Positions 23,078-34,454 of a DNA stretch of 64,000 nucleotides are shown here, in pieces. The translations under genes and the position numbers were made by a program. Each line of letters opens with the position of its first letter. Position 1 is the stretch's first letter. The stretch is from Oopsacas minuta (lineage: Eukaryota > Animalia > Porifera), in NCBI GenBank assembly GCA_024704765.1, contig JAKMXF010000255.1, positions 62,001-126,000 of the forward strand, in the 5' to 3' direction. The notes beneath the pieces are model-generated. The model made no database searches. It saw nothing but the letters and a program-made list of their open reading frames with translations, and was not told the DNA's origin.

Positions 23078-23144
23078 TGTCCAATATGGAGTTCGGCTGC
23101 CTGTAGGCTTTTTACGATATTTATTGATTCTGTCCTGTAATTAG

Positions 23145-24193
23145 GGGTAGATGTAAGTATACCAAAGCCTCCAATAATATCCGCCCGTGACTTGTCTCCC
23201 CCCAGTACTCAGGATAGAGTTATAAGAGAGGGTTTAGGAGGCTATCTACAGAATATTCCAGGTAGTATTGGCCTCCTTAGAATAAATGTAATTGAATAAT
23301 TATTATTTATTTATTGTTGTGTGTCTGATTGTGTAGGCAACTTGAATACACCTGGACCAGAGGAATGGAGGTTATTTGCTATTTAGTTGTACACGATAAT
23401 TATACTGAACAACTTTCTATTTATAGTTTGCAACATCTCATTGCTCATCCACCCAGAGGAGAAATGGAGTTATCTTATTTTTGTGGTGCTCAGTTTATGG
23501 GTTTTATTCTCAAAGAAGGATTGGTATGTATTATATTATTTGCATAATAATTAGAAATTCAGGGAAATATTTAAAGTGTTGTCATATACGTATATATTTG
23601 TATTTCTTATTTTTACTGTTCTTTTAGCCAATACCTGATCATCTAAAGGTAGAACCTTCTACATACGGGACGGGAAGTGAGAAGGTGAAGAAGAAACATA
23701 AGAGTAAGAAACATAAAGCAAATCAACCTACACCGCTCAACCACTTGTTAGACAAAATACCACCTGATGCCTCAACTTCATCTTCACACGGAGAGGCTAA
23801 AATACAATTTGGTAAATATAGAACACGGATATATCTAAATCTGATATTGTACAAATATGACCCAAACCGTCAAAGTAACATAATCTGTCAGTTATATCGA
23901 AGCAATTATCGCGGTCCCTTGAGCTTCGATATAACGGAGGTTAACAGTAATTACATATTGTTGTAATTCTTTAGATTCAGAGACTATTAGAAGGAAAGAT
24001 AAGAAAAACGTAATTAGATTTCAATTTCTATAATTGCTCGGATTTTATTTATTTATCCAAAAATTAGAAAAAAAAGAGTAAAAAGGAGAAAGACGTTAAA
24101 AAGAAAAAGAAAATAAAACACAAAGATGAAGATGACAGACCTGACAAACCCTCTCTCCATTTTAACAATTCCTTTACCACCCACTTGAGCTGA
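23145..24193 (+). CDS. MED19: Mediator subunit 19-like, multi-exon; 5' exon(s) not resolved
   Basis: Spliced segments REGLGGYLQNIP|GNLNTPG|SLQHLIAHPP...FMGFILKEGL|PIPDHLK followed by Lys-rich KKKHKSKKHK and KKKKKIKHKD parallel MED19 (KEKLSNFLPDLPG, SLRSLIEKPP, LAGFRLHTGPLP). Confidence 0.55.
23888..23947. mobile_element. MITE family A copy (reverse orientation, deleted)
   Basis: gttatatcgaagc...cggtcccttgagcttcgatataacggagg is the reverse complement of the family A left end. Confidence 0.6.
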
Positions 24194-24414
24194 CTGTATT
24201 TATTAATTAAAATGCTATTAATTACGCTGCAACAGCTCTTTGCTGCAAATCTCGAATTATCCAAGACACATCACTGCTCGAGTAATTATTCATTCGCATT
24301 TGTTTCCAATCATAAATATGATTTTTAACTGTATAAGGTTTATAGTAAATATAACTGCTACGATTTGCTCATTACCGATCATACCAATTCTCAACTAATC
24401 TCTCAATTAGATCC

Positions 24415-27123
24415 ATGTCTAATATCAAGTATAAAGATTGGGATTTCTACAAAGCTTCACAGGTCATACCATTAGCTCTGAATGATCCTAACTCAATTCG
24501 TCCTCAGGACTTCTTCACCGTAGAATGGGGTGATGCATTTGTTTACAATTCTCCACTACCTGATCCCATAGAACCTGTACATGATATTTCATTAGCAGAA
24601 TTCCAACCTTATCTAGCTTACACTTCAAAATTACAACACAGAATAGCAAATAATACGCGACAAAAACCGCAGAAAGACCTGCAGCTACGTAACGGTTTAA
24701 AGAAAGAATCTACAACAACGAATGAAGCAGAGTTCAGTCGTATCCCAAGATACTTCTTCAGCTCTCAATTCAAACTTTATAACTTGGAAACATTTCAAGA
24801 AGTTATACCCTGGAACATCTTTAATACCTCCTCATCTAATCGTGTATGGTCTCTTATAAAACGCAGTACTAAGAGGAATGAAGGCTGTGCTCACTTATTA
24901 CGTACACAACTTACTCACTACCTTGATGTAATTGAGACTAAACTAGCTTATCACGTTTCTATCAAATCTGATGAATTTTTCAAAATTCTAGACAGTCAGG
25001 AGAAGTTATTGAAAGACATTAGAGATATCTCTTACAGCACACGGTCATTTAGACATGCACTCAATACTACATGCGAGGTTACGATAGCTAACAAATTGCT
25101 TGTTTTTACTCAGTTGAGGAAAAAGAGAAGGTTGGAGGGAATTTGTGAAAAGTTGAAAATAATGTCCCTTGTCCATGAAACCCTTACTACTATCCAAGCT
25201 CAACAGATTACACATGATCATGTAGCTTCTTTAGATCTAATCGGAACGGCTAAAGACTCCCTTAAATCGGATTTATCTGGTCTTCACTGTTTCCGTCATT
25301 TGTCCCTCATCCTCTCTAACATGGGAGGAGTAATAGAAGACAAGCTAGAAGGAGAATTCACAAAACTTTTCTTTGAAACTGTGAGTTTATTTGGTATATC
25401 AGATGACTCTACGATTATTGACACAGATTTCGAGGAGCAAGTAGCCATAATGATAGCTAGACTGTCTAAACAGAATCGGATACACTTTTTAATTCCTCTT
25501 AGAGAAGCTATTCCTGACGTCATGAGGTCTAAATTCCAGCAATGCTTGAAGAAAGAAATGGGGAGTGATGCTGAGCTAGAAGAGGTTAAATTATCAGAAC
25601 TGATACAACTACTTCCTTATGAAGAATGGGTACATCTCCTCTCTCAAATATTCAATCATCTGATTAAACTAACAGAGAAGATATCATATATATTTAAAAT
25701 AATTAGCTCATCCAGTGCTGCATTGAATCCAGCTACAAGAAGAGGATCTGTATCAGGTGAGTATAAACGTACCCAATCACCTACTCACACTAAGACCAAC
25801 TTGGAACTCCAATTGGAGGATACCCAAATAGATTTTATGAATGACTCACAACTTGATTTACGAATTCAGAATCTAGTAGCAGCTTCTAGTGACGTCATAA
25901 ACTCAGATGACTGCAATATCCCTACAGATTTTACTACTGTAGATACAGAATGCTCTCTCACTAAGGAACAAGTACAAGCTATACATATACAATGTATGAG
26001 ACTGCTAGAAACAGCTACAGATGTATTACACTTAAGATGTAGTTATCTTGTAGGTCTCAGGGCTAAGAGCGGTCAGTTTGAGAAGCTAACTAGTCAGGAG
26101 TTCTTTACACTAGCTCAGACATTAGAAAGCTTTATAACACATAGTCAGAATATAACTAAGTGTAATTGTCCGCACCTTCGAAGCGTGTTGTTATCTCACT
26201 CAAAGAAGTTTCTAGAACAATTCCATGAAGAGCGTATGAAGAAACTTTCTATCTTACTAGAACAAGAGCAATGGATACAACAAGAGGTCCCTAGCGCGAT
26301 ACAGCTGAGAATCAATCAATTACAAGAAGGTTTGATAGGTGACAGATCTCCTACTCATGTAGACGCGTCACTTGAACAAACTCATCCAACTCTCACTCTA
26401 AATAACAAATCATATCCTGTGGTATTTACTCTACTAATACTATTGAATATGATAATAGACTACTGTTATTGTCTGCAAGATATTCCATTACTAGTCACTG
26501 ATATTTTAACAAAGCTTGTTAAGCTCATAGAGTCATTCAATACTAAGTCTTGCCATTTAGTCCTGGGAGCAGGAGGACTACATGCTATGGGACTTAAGAA
26601 CATTTCTTCTCGCCATTTGGCGTTAGTACAGAGATGCTTGGAGGCCCTACTGGTCGTGTTACCACTAGCAGAGCAATGCTTTTATAATAAACTAACAGAA
26701 AAACAGAAATTATTACTGAATCAATTCGAGCGTACTCGTATTGCTATACAGAAACATCAAGAACAGATTAATATTAAAATAATTGAGATCATGGATGAAA
26801 CCTTCCGTAAACATTTGAATAATTGGGAAGTTTGTGTAGAGCAACCCTCGTCTGCCATCAAGAGTGTAACAAAACAGATGTCGACTCTATATAAAGTGAT
26901 ATATACTATATTCACACCTGACCAAATAGAGACACTGTTTATTGAAGTTATAATAGCTTTTACGAAGAGATTCTCTAACAGATTGAGTAAACTTTCAAAG
27001 TCTAAAGTGAACTTAGAAGAACACGTCATACAAAATGAATTGACTTATGTGCATGGAGCTATTTCTACTCTGCACCATTTGGGGAATTTAGATTTGGAAT
27101 ATTTTCAAGTCACATTTATATAA
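24415..27123 (+). CDS. VPS54: Vacuolar protein sorting 54 (GARP complex), intronless
   Basis: LTHYLDVIETKLAYHVSIKSDEFF, FLEQFHEERMKKLSILLEQEQW and GLKNISSRHLALVQRCL match VPS54 motifs; 902 aa. Confidence 0.9.
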   Translation: MSNIKYKDWDFYKASQVIPLALNDPNSIRPQDFFTVEWGDAFVYNSPLPDPIEPVHDISLAEFQPYLAYTSKLQHRIANNTRQKPQKDLQLRNGLKKESTTTNEAEFSRIPRYFFSSQFKLYNLETFQEVIPWNIFNTSSSNRVWSLIKRSTKRNEGCAHLLRTQLTHYLDVIETKLAYHVSIKSDEFFKILDSQEKLLKDIRDISYSTRSFRHALNTTCEVTIANKLLVFTQLRKKRRLEGICEKLKIMSLVHETLTTIQAQQITHDHVASLDLIGTAKDSLKSDLSGLHCFRHLSLILSNMGGVIEDKLEGEFTKLFFETVSLFGISDDSTIIDTDFEEQVAIMIARLSKQNRIHFLIPLREAIPDVMRSKFQQCLKKEMGSDAELEEVKLSELIQLLPYEEWVHLLSQIFNHLIKLTEKISYIFKIISSSSAALNPATRRGSVSGEYKRTQSPTHTKTNLELQLEDTQIDFMNDSQLDLRIQNLVAASSDVINSDDCNIPTDFTTVDTECSLTKEQVQAIHIQCMRLLETATDVLHLRCSYLVGLRAKSGQFEKLTSQEFFTLAQTLESFITHSQNITKCNCPHLRSVLLSHSKKFLEQFHEERMKKLSILLEQEQWIQQEVPSAIQLRINQLQEGLIGDRSPTHVDASLEQTHPTLTLNNKSYPVVFTLLILLNMIIDYCYCLQDIPLLVTDILTKLVKLIESFNTKSCHLVLGAGGLHAMGLKNISSRHLALVQRCLEALLVVLPLAEQCFYNKLTEKQKLLLNQFERTRIAIQKHQEQINIKIIEIMDETFRKHLNNWEVCVEQPSSAIKSVTKQMSTLYKVIYTIFTPDQIETLFIEVIIAFTKRFSNRLSKLSKSKVNLEEHVIQNELTYVHGAISTLHHLGNLDLEYFQVTFI

Positions 27124-27461
27124 TCAATTCAACAGGTAACTCTTCTATCTCAGTTTGTAGATATTTTATAGTTTAATGTGTTTACACCAAACATGAAACG
27201 ATGTGCTTAATCAGTTAAACGTTCTGAGACTGTGAAGTATGTCAGTTTTTCTTTAGACTAGTGGTCGCAACCAATTTCACCCATGGACCCTCTATACCAA
27301 TTTTACACATTCTGTTAACCCCAGTTTCGGATCCGTTACTTTAGATAGTTAGCCATAAGGCATATATATTCCAATCAAAATAGCATACAAACAAATAATG
27401 TTACAAATAATACAATCAAATGCAAAAATGGAAATGTTTGTATAGCTTAATTACTAAGTAA

Positions 27462-28664
27462 ATGGATCCAGAAGATCCTATTCAAACAGATGGGGCAGAT
27501 GGATTTGACGGCACTGAAGAATATGAGGTCACCAAAACGATAGAATTAGGAGATTTAGATGAATTAGGACCTGTTTCAAGTGACGAAGAGGTGGTGGACG
27601 GAACAGGACAGGAAATGGAGACAGAAGACATTATCCCTAAACCTAAAGAATTAACTCCATGCACTGTACTTTTTAATCAACACAAAGGTTCTGTGTTTAG
27701 TGTAGGATTACGTGTAGCTGGTGATCTAGCAGTCAGTGGGGGAGAAGATGACAGAGGTGTAGTGTGGAGAACTAGTAACGGAGAGGTTGTTATGGAATGT
27801 GGAGGTCATAAGGATTCTGTAATTAGTTGTGGATTTAGTTATGATGGGAAGTATGTGTATACAGCTGATATGGAGGGGAAAATTATTGTATTGAAAATTA
27901 AGACTGGTGAGGTTGTTTTAGATTTTGAAACAGCTGATATTGAATGGGCACGTTGGCACTCAGGAGCTCATGTACTCCTGGCTGGGTGTGCGGATGGTAT
28001 GACATGGATGTGGAGAATACCTTCTGGACAATACAAGACATTTCCAGGGCACGGTTTTAGCTGTACATGTTCTGCAATAGCTTCAGCTGATAACAAGCTA
28101 TGTACAGGGTATAAAGATGGGATTGTTAAGATATGGGACATGAAGGAGGGAGAACTGCTGCACCAGATTAAGCAAGGGAAGGGTGGACATACAGAAGGTG
28201 TGACTTCATTGGATATAAACCTAGGTGCTAATATATCAGTATCAGGTTCAGAAGATGGTAGTTGTAAGATATACAGCATCTCTACTGGTAAAGTAGTGCA
28301 ATCCATTCAGTTAAGTCCCGAAAATGCCGTAGAGTGTGTATCGATATCTCGTGCTAGTGGCCTACTCGCTTGCGGGACGCTAAACGGCACCATTAGTGTA
28401 TGGGACACTAGAACCCAAAAAATTAGACATACATTTTCCACTACTGCTGGCATAGTTAGTTTACAATGGTGCTTCCCTACAGCACACAATATACTGTGTT
28501 GTACTTTAGATGGTAGTGTTAATCTATGTGATTCAAGATCTGGTGATATTGTACGAACCTGGAGTGCTCATTCTGATGAAGTTCTAGCTATGGATGTATT
28601 GGAGGATAAGGGTATATTCGTAACAGGATCAGCTGATAATACTGCAAGAATATTTTCTATATAA
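27462..28664 (+). CDS. AAMP: Angio-associated migratory cell protein (WD40, Sqt1 orthologue), intronless
   Basis: Acidic N-terminus, then AVSGGEDDRGVVW, GHKDSV, IEWARWHSGAHVLLAGCADG...WMWRIPSG. Confidence 0.88.
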   Translation: MDPEDPIQTDGADGFDGTEEYEVTKTIELGDLDELGPVSSDEEVVDGTGQEMETEDIIPKPKELTPCTVLFNQHKGSVFSVGLRVAGDLAVSGGEDDRGVVWRTSNGEVVMECGGHKDSVISCGFSYDGKYVYTADMEGKIIVLKIKTGEVVLDFETADIEWARWHSGAHVLLAGCADGMTWMWRIPSGQYKTFPGHGFSCTCSAIASADNKLCTGYKDGIVKIWDMKEGELLHQIKQGKGGHTEGVTSLDINLGANISVSGSEDGSCKIYSISTGKVVQSIQLSPENAVECVSISRASGLLACGTLNGTISVWDTRTQKIRHTFSTTAGIVSLQWCFPTAHNILCCTLDGSVNLCDSRSGDIVRTWSAHSDEVLAMDVLEDKGIFVTGSADNTARIFSI

Positions 28665-28754
28665 TAATATTAGATTTCTTTTGTATAATATTATCGAGAC
28701 CAGATTTATAGAATTTATAGCATCTACACTTTTGCTGTACAATTAGTGCTGAAT

Positions 28755-29864
28755 ATGGCAAATACTCGAATAGTATCTCTTAAAGACTTTGAGGACTATG
28801 CTGCTAGAACTCTTCCAGTTAGTGAATGGGGGTATATTAATACAGGAGGTGGTGCTGGAGTTACACAGCTCAGAAATGAGAAATGTTTTAGAGAATACCT
28901 GATAAGACCCAGAGTTATGTATCCAGTAGGTATACCAGATCTTAGTACTAGTTTGCTGGGCCAGCAGGTATCTATGCCTATATGTGTTGGTCCTACTGCG
29001 TCTCACGGAATAGCGCATGAAAGCGGAGAAATAGGTACAGCTGGAGCTGCTTACAAATCTAAGACCGTATACTGTATGTCCAATATGTCAACAACTCCAA
29101 TACAAGATGTCTCTAAAGCTAACGCTTCAGGGATCAGATGGTTTCAATTGTACCAACTAGGTGCTACACAAACTGAACTAATAAAGCGGATTCGCGTGGT
29201 AGAGGATCACGGATACACAGCTATAGCTCTAACGGTAGATGTCCCTGTTTATGGAATTAGGTATGCAGATGAAAGGAATAATTTCTCACTACCTTCTCAC
29301 TTGGAATTAGCGTTCCACGTTGGTGGCAAGACAACTTTCAAGGGTGAGAAGGGGTCGGGACTTAGTGGGTTTACCACTGGAGGCAGTATCGGTTGGGATT
29401 TCCTTGATTGGCTTATTTCCATAACCAGGTTACCAATTGTGGTGAAAGGAATTTGTACACCAGAAGATGCTATACTTGCTGTTAAGCATGGAGCAAGTGC
29501 TGTATGGGTATCTAACCATGGAGGGAGACACTTGGACGCAGTACCAGGTTCTTTAGACCTCCTCTGTGACGTCATGAGGGGGTTGGAGAGGGTAGGCAGT
29601 AGAGTAGAAGTATATATGGACGGAGGAGTAAGGTATGGGACGGATGTCTTGAAGGCTCTTGCTCTTGGAGCGAGAGCTGTATTCATCGGGCAACCTGTGA
29701 TATGGGGACTCTGTTATAAGGGGGAAGAGGGAGTACATATGGTATTAGAATTATTAAGAGAAGAACTGAGATTAGCTATGATTCTAGCTGGCTGTAAGAA
29801 CGTACACGATATAGCTAAAGGACTAGTCGTACATAAATCAGAGTATTTGAACTCTAAACTTTAA
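28755..29864 (+). CDS. FMN-dependent (S)-2-hydroxy-acid oxidase, peroxisomal
   Basis: LPIVVKGI, VSNHGGRHLD (catalytic His), DGGVRYGTDVLKALALGA; C-terminal SKL (PTS1). HAO1 versus HAO2 not resolved. Confidence 0.93.
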   Translation: MANTRIVSLKDFEDYAARTLPVSEWGYINTGGGAGVTQLRNEKCFREYLIRPRVMYPVGIPDLSTSLLGQQVSMPICVGPTASHGIAHESGEIGTAGAAYKSKTVYCMSNMSTTPIQDVSKANASGIRWFQLYQLGATQTELIKRIRVVEDHGYTAIALTVDVPVYGIRYADERNNFSLPSHLELAFHVGGKTTFKGEKGSGLSGFTTGGSIGWDFLDWLISITRLPIVVKGICTPEDAILAVKHGASAVWVSNHGGRHLDAVPGSLDLLCDVMRGLERVGSRVEVYMDGGVRYGTDVLKALALGARAVFIGQPVIWGLCYKGEEGVHMVLELLREELRLAMILAGCKNVHDIAKGLVVHKSEYLNSKL

Positions 29865-29931
29865 GCTAATTTTGATTTACCTTTCATTAGAGTTCGTTTT
29901 GTTTTATTATTTTCTCTAGCAATTATTAGCA

Positions 29932-32900
29932 ATGTCAGATAATTCAGTTTCTGAAACAAAGAAACTTTTACGATCTCTTCTAATATCAGCAGAGCATGGA
30001 ATAGCTCTTAAAGATCTCACAAAAGATTTCTATGATACAGTGGGATACCAACTGCCTTACAAGTGAGTATATTGATACAGCAAACACCCGTTATATCGAA
30101 GCCTAAGGGATCGCAAAATTCTTTCGATATAACCGATTAAAAGTAGTCAATTGAGGGTTTGGGACCATATTTGTTGAGATAAGCAGGTACATTGATATAT
30201 CCGTGTACGATATAACGGTGTTGACAGTATATTATCTTATTGATATTATATACGAAATGATTCTATACATACAGAATGAATACTATACATTGAAAATAGA
30301 AGCATCAACCAGTTTAATAGATTTCACAACTTCACTGAACTGCTGTAATTCCCACTTCTCTGCCTCTTCTTTCTTACTGCTACTTCCCTCGCTTATTTTC
30401 ACAGGATCATTATACGTCACTACCACATCTGTATTATACTCTTGTAGCCTATACAACACTAGCTGTACACGAACGAGATTGCTTTGTTCTACTGTCTCAT
30501 TGAATTTAGCTATCTTCTGTGTACCGGTTAGATAATGACAAGCAATACATTTCTCCATAGTTATATTGCTAGTATCTACCACTTCATGACTTAGTATAGC
30601 TGTTTCTATAGAGTTATTAGCTTGTGATATATCCTGATAGTGTAATCTAGCTGCTTCGTGTCCACTCGCCACGTTCTGGTATTCTAACAGTTCTATAATT
30701 ATACTTTGATCTGTGTAAGGATGTGCAAACACCTCCTGATTATCTGGTACCTGTCTGAGCTCGCTAACGTCTACACGAGGTGTAGGTAAGGAACATATAA
30801 GAGCTCCTCCGTAGAGAGAGGCTGGAGTGGTCTTGATCTCATCTACGATCATATTTTCTGCCATTATAACGATAATCTTAGATAGATACAAAAATATTTA
30901 TATTTAGAATAATATGAGTTAGATAGTATAGATCCAAGGTAACCTGTATTTGACTGGTTTAACCAGTTCAATACTGCTCTAACCAGTTTATCCAACTCTA
31001 ACCGGTTTTGTAGTACTAAAATAGTAATACAATAATACACCGATAATATATTCGATTGAGATAACAGACAGTAATGTTGTTCCCAATTGCTTTGAGCTAA
31101 AATACAATTACAAATAATAGTACCGATTTAACTACAGCTCCTATAAACTATTATTGGTGCGATAATCTCAATTATTTTAGGATTACGACTCACGCATATT
31201 TTCATTTTTAACAAAACTTTCAAATTAATTATTCTAGGAGATTGGGGTATGCTAGTGTGGAGGGTATGCTGTGTGACATTCCAGATACCGTAAGGGTATC
31301 TAGAGACTGTGCAGGGCAGATTCGTCTGTTTGGAGTAGCCAATCAAGACACAGCTCATATAGCTGATATGGTAAAGAAGCAGAAGAAGGGAAGCTTCAAT
31401 CCTTACAAACCTCCACCAAAAGTAAGTGTGGCAATTATTTGATACAGATTAAGTTATCTTATATATTATCCTAACACAGACACAAGGTGTACAACAAACA
31501 CAGAGAGGGAGGAGAGGAGGAATGAAGCCACACTTAAACAGTCGTTACAACAATAATTTTAGTACCCCACGTCCTACTAGATTCTCATCTCAATACACCA
31601 GGTCACAAACTCTCCCTCCCAGCAACAAATTTGAGTTTGACACTTTCTCTACTAGTTCATACTCCAATAACAGATGCCAACAGGTTCCAAATAACAGCAG
31701 GGGTGCTTATCACACTTATCGAACTCCCCCAAATCACTATCACTCTTCACCCCAACATATGCCACACTCTAACCCCCCATTCAATCCATCTTACAATAAC
31801 TATACAGCACAAGGTTATCACAATACACAAGCTTATCACAATACTCAATCATATGACTACCAAGACAGATCTCCGAAATATTCAGCCACCTTCAATAACG
31901 ATTATAGAGAAATTAATAGTTCTTTACTAGGTCCTGATGCGCTATCTCCTAACAGGAATTCTCATAAACTGCACGGCATTAAAGATGCTATATATGATCT
32001 GTTGTATGGTCAACCAGATGGTATCCCTGGTTCCAATTTTGAAAACGAGTATTATAGAGTTTTTAGATCGAAGCTACCTTACTGCTCCCTGGGTTACCCT
32101 AACGCTAAACAGTTTATTGAGTCTATACCAGATGTAGTGAGAATAGAGAATGTTGACGGTAAATCTATATGTTATCTAGCTACTAGAGTTAACAAACAAG
32201 TTGTTAGGAAGGAAAGTGAATCAGAAAGTGAATGGCCTGATACAATAAGCTTTACTACAGAATCACTTCTATCACCAATAGAAAACACAGCCAATAATAA
32301 GTCTATTATTAAGCCGCAAGAAAATAATGGAATAACAGAAGATAAGATAAATAATGAAGTTGAAATATTTCTCAGAGAAGATGAGAAGAAGCGACATATG
32401 AACGAATTAAAGTCAAAAATTTGTGTATTTCTATTGAATAAGGATGCACCAGTACCAGTAGATGAGTTAGAGGATCAGTATAGAGCTCTGAATCGAGAAG
32501 ATCCTGAGATTCCATACCGTATCTTGGGATATTCCTCTATTAAGGAATTCTTACGAGACATAATGGATGTTGTAATACTAGTCACTAATAATAAGGATGG
32601 CAGTATGTCTGTAGTTCTAAAAACACATAATACTAGTCCTCCATCTCCTAAAGTACATCCCCGTCCTCCTATACATATTAATAATCAGCCTTTTCGATCT
32701 CGTATGCCAAATCATCAAATGTTACGACCATTTCCTGCTCCTCCCATTCACCCTAATTTCAGACCTCCGTTTGAACACCATAGATTCATACCTCCAGTCC
32801 CCCCTATGCATCACATACACCCTCAGAGACTTCCCCCTCCTAATCAGCACCCACACTTACGTTACCCTCTCCCTCCTCCTCCTCCTCCTCACATAATCCC

Positions 32901-34454
32901 TGGGTATCACTTCGTGCCCCATATGTCTATGCCACCTAACCATCATGAACCTCCAGGCTTTGAGAGTAGTTTCTCTCCTCCCTTACACCCCGCTATCGGT
33001 AGTGTCATATCTCCAACAGAAGCACTCAATGAATTTCCTGCTATCTCACTTGATGATGCTCCAGTCAATAAGCCATTTCCAGATAAGCCCTTTACTACCA
33101 GGATAAACACGCTCTGTATGGACTTCAGTAAAGCTCAAAAAGAGTTTGTACAAACTCAAATATTGAGTATAACTGATGTTAGAAAAGAGATTAAACTTAG
33201 AGTAACCTGCGAGATAGCTCTGAGGTATTTGGAGGGAAGTAATGTTGCTGTCCTGGCAGGAGAAAATCAAGGGAAATGTGCTTGTATGTCAGTTGCTCTC
33301 ACAAATGGTCTCAACATGTTAACAGATAACGTACAGAGTTTAATTATATGTAATGACGTCAGTGGGGTGGATAAGATATTTGAATGTATGAAGATTATAT
33401 GTGACAATACAGGGCTGAAGGTTACTCCATACCAAACAGCTGATAAGTTAAGATCCTTCCATGCAGGTTCCCAAATTATTGTTCTAGAATATTCTCTATT
33501 GGAAATGTTGCTAAAAAAGTGTGATATTTCGCAGCTGACAAGAATCGGTGTTTACAATGTTGCAACAGAGCCTAACACTTTTAATGAGTTGATTAAAACA
33601 TTGAAACGTATCCAAAGTGTGAAATTACAGGAAGAATTTAAATACTTCATCGCTACAAATCCTCATAATGAAGTAGGTAGCTACATACTAAAGATGGTTA
33701 ATACTCTAATGAATTCGAAATGCTATTTCACATATTACGGTAGAGAGCAGGAGAATTGTCTTATACTTGTACCACACGAAGCTGAGAGTACACAGATACA
33801 TACAGATGCGAGAATGTTACTTCGTCCGTCGTTATTGGCTTGCATAAATAGAAAGAAACAAATCCCAAATCATTTTGATAAATATCTGATACCATTGAGA
33901 GCATCTTGTAATAATTTTACTATACTATCTCAACACATAGAAGAAGGGTTACTACAGCAATCTCTTGCTTTATTAACTATGATTAAAGTAGAGCCGTCTT
34001 CCCACCTTACACAAGTTGTGATCATTGTACCTAATGAACTACAGGCTAAGGATTTCTTGGAGTTATGTGGAGATATGGGACAGGGAGAGGGTATCAAGGT
34101 GTCTATGGTTAATAGCAAAACTACTAAAGAGGATATTCGTTACAGTCACATATGTATAGGATGGTAAGTTATTAATTACAGTCAACTCTTGTTTTTATCA
34201 ATTTTCAATTTCTCCCTAGGCCAAAAGAGATTGCATCATCTTCTAACAATTGTTTCGCAAAGATAACAATGGTAATAATATATCGAATTGACTTAGAACG
34301 AAAGATGAATCATTTGGCTGAACTATTTCAGAATTGTCAATCACCTCAAGTTGTAGTAGTAGGGTCTAGTTATACGCGAAATATCCTCAACTTCGAGTCG
34401 AAATATATGTCAGAACCTAGACATATAACATTTTTAGCAAGAGAGACATATTGA
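29932..34454 (+). CDS. Three LOTUS (OST-HTH) domains + Pro-rich linker + two degenerate DEAD-box (eIF4A-like RecA1) domains, ~1077 aa
   Basis: Exons 29932-30062, 31238-31421, 31480-34163 and 34220-34454 splice in phase. LOTUS1 KKLLRSLLISAEHGIALKDLTKDFYDTVGYQLPYKRLGYASVEGMLCDIPDTV; LOTUS2 ...KLPYCSLGYPNAKQFIESIPDVV; LOTUS3 ...EIPYRILGYSSIKEFLRDIMDVV. Confidence 0.85.
30078..30227. mobile_element. MITE family A copy
   Basis: TA|cagcaaacacccgttatatcgaagcctaagggatcg...cgatataacggtgttgacag|TA, in intron 1 of the LOTUS gene. Confidence 0.75.
30283..30864 (-). CDS. RANGRF: Ran guanine nucleotide release factor (Mog1), nested in intron 1 of the LOTUS gene
   Basis: LYGGALICSLP, DVSELRQVPDNQEVFAHPYTDQSIIIELLEYQ and LYRLQEYNTDVVVTYNDP are Mog1 motifs. 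Confidence 0.92.
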   Translation of the reverse strand: MAENMIVDEIKTTPASLYGGALICSLPTPRVDVSELRQVPDNQEVFAHPYTDQSIIIELLEYQNVASGHEAARLHYQDISQANNSIETAILSHEVVDTSNITMEKCIACHYLTGTQKIAKFNETVEQSNLVRVQLVLYRLQEYNTDVVVTYNDPVKISEGSSSKKEEAEKWELQQFSEVVKSIKLVDASIFNV

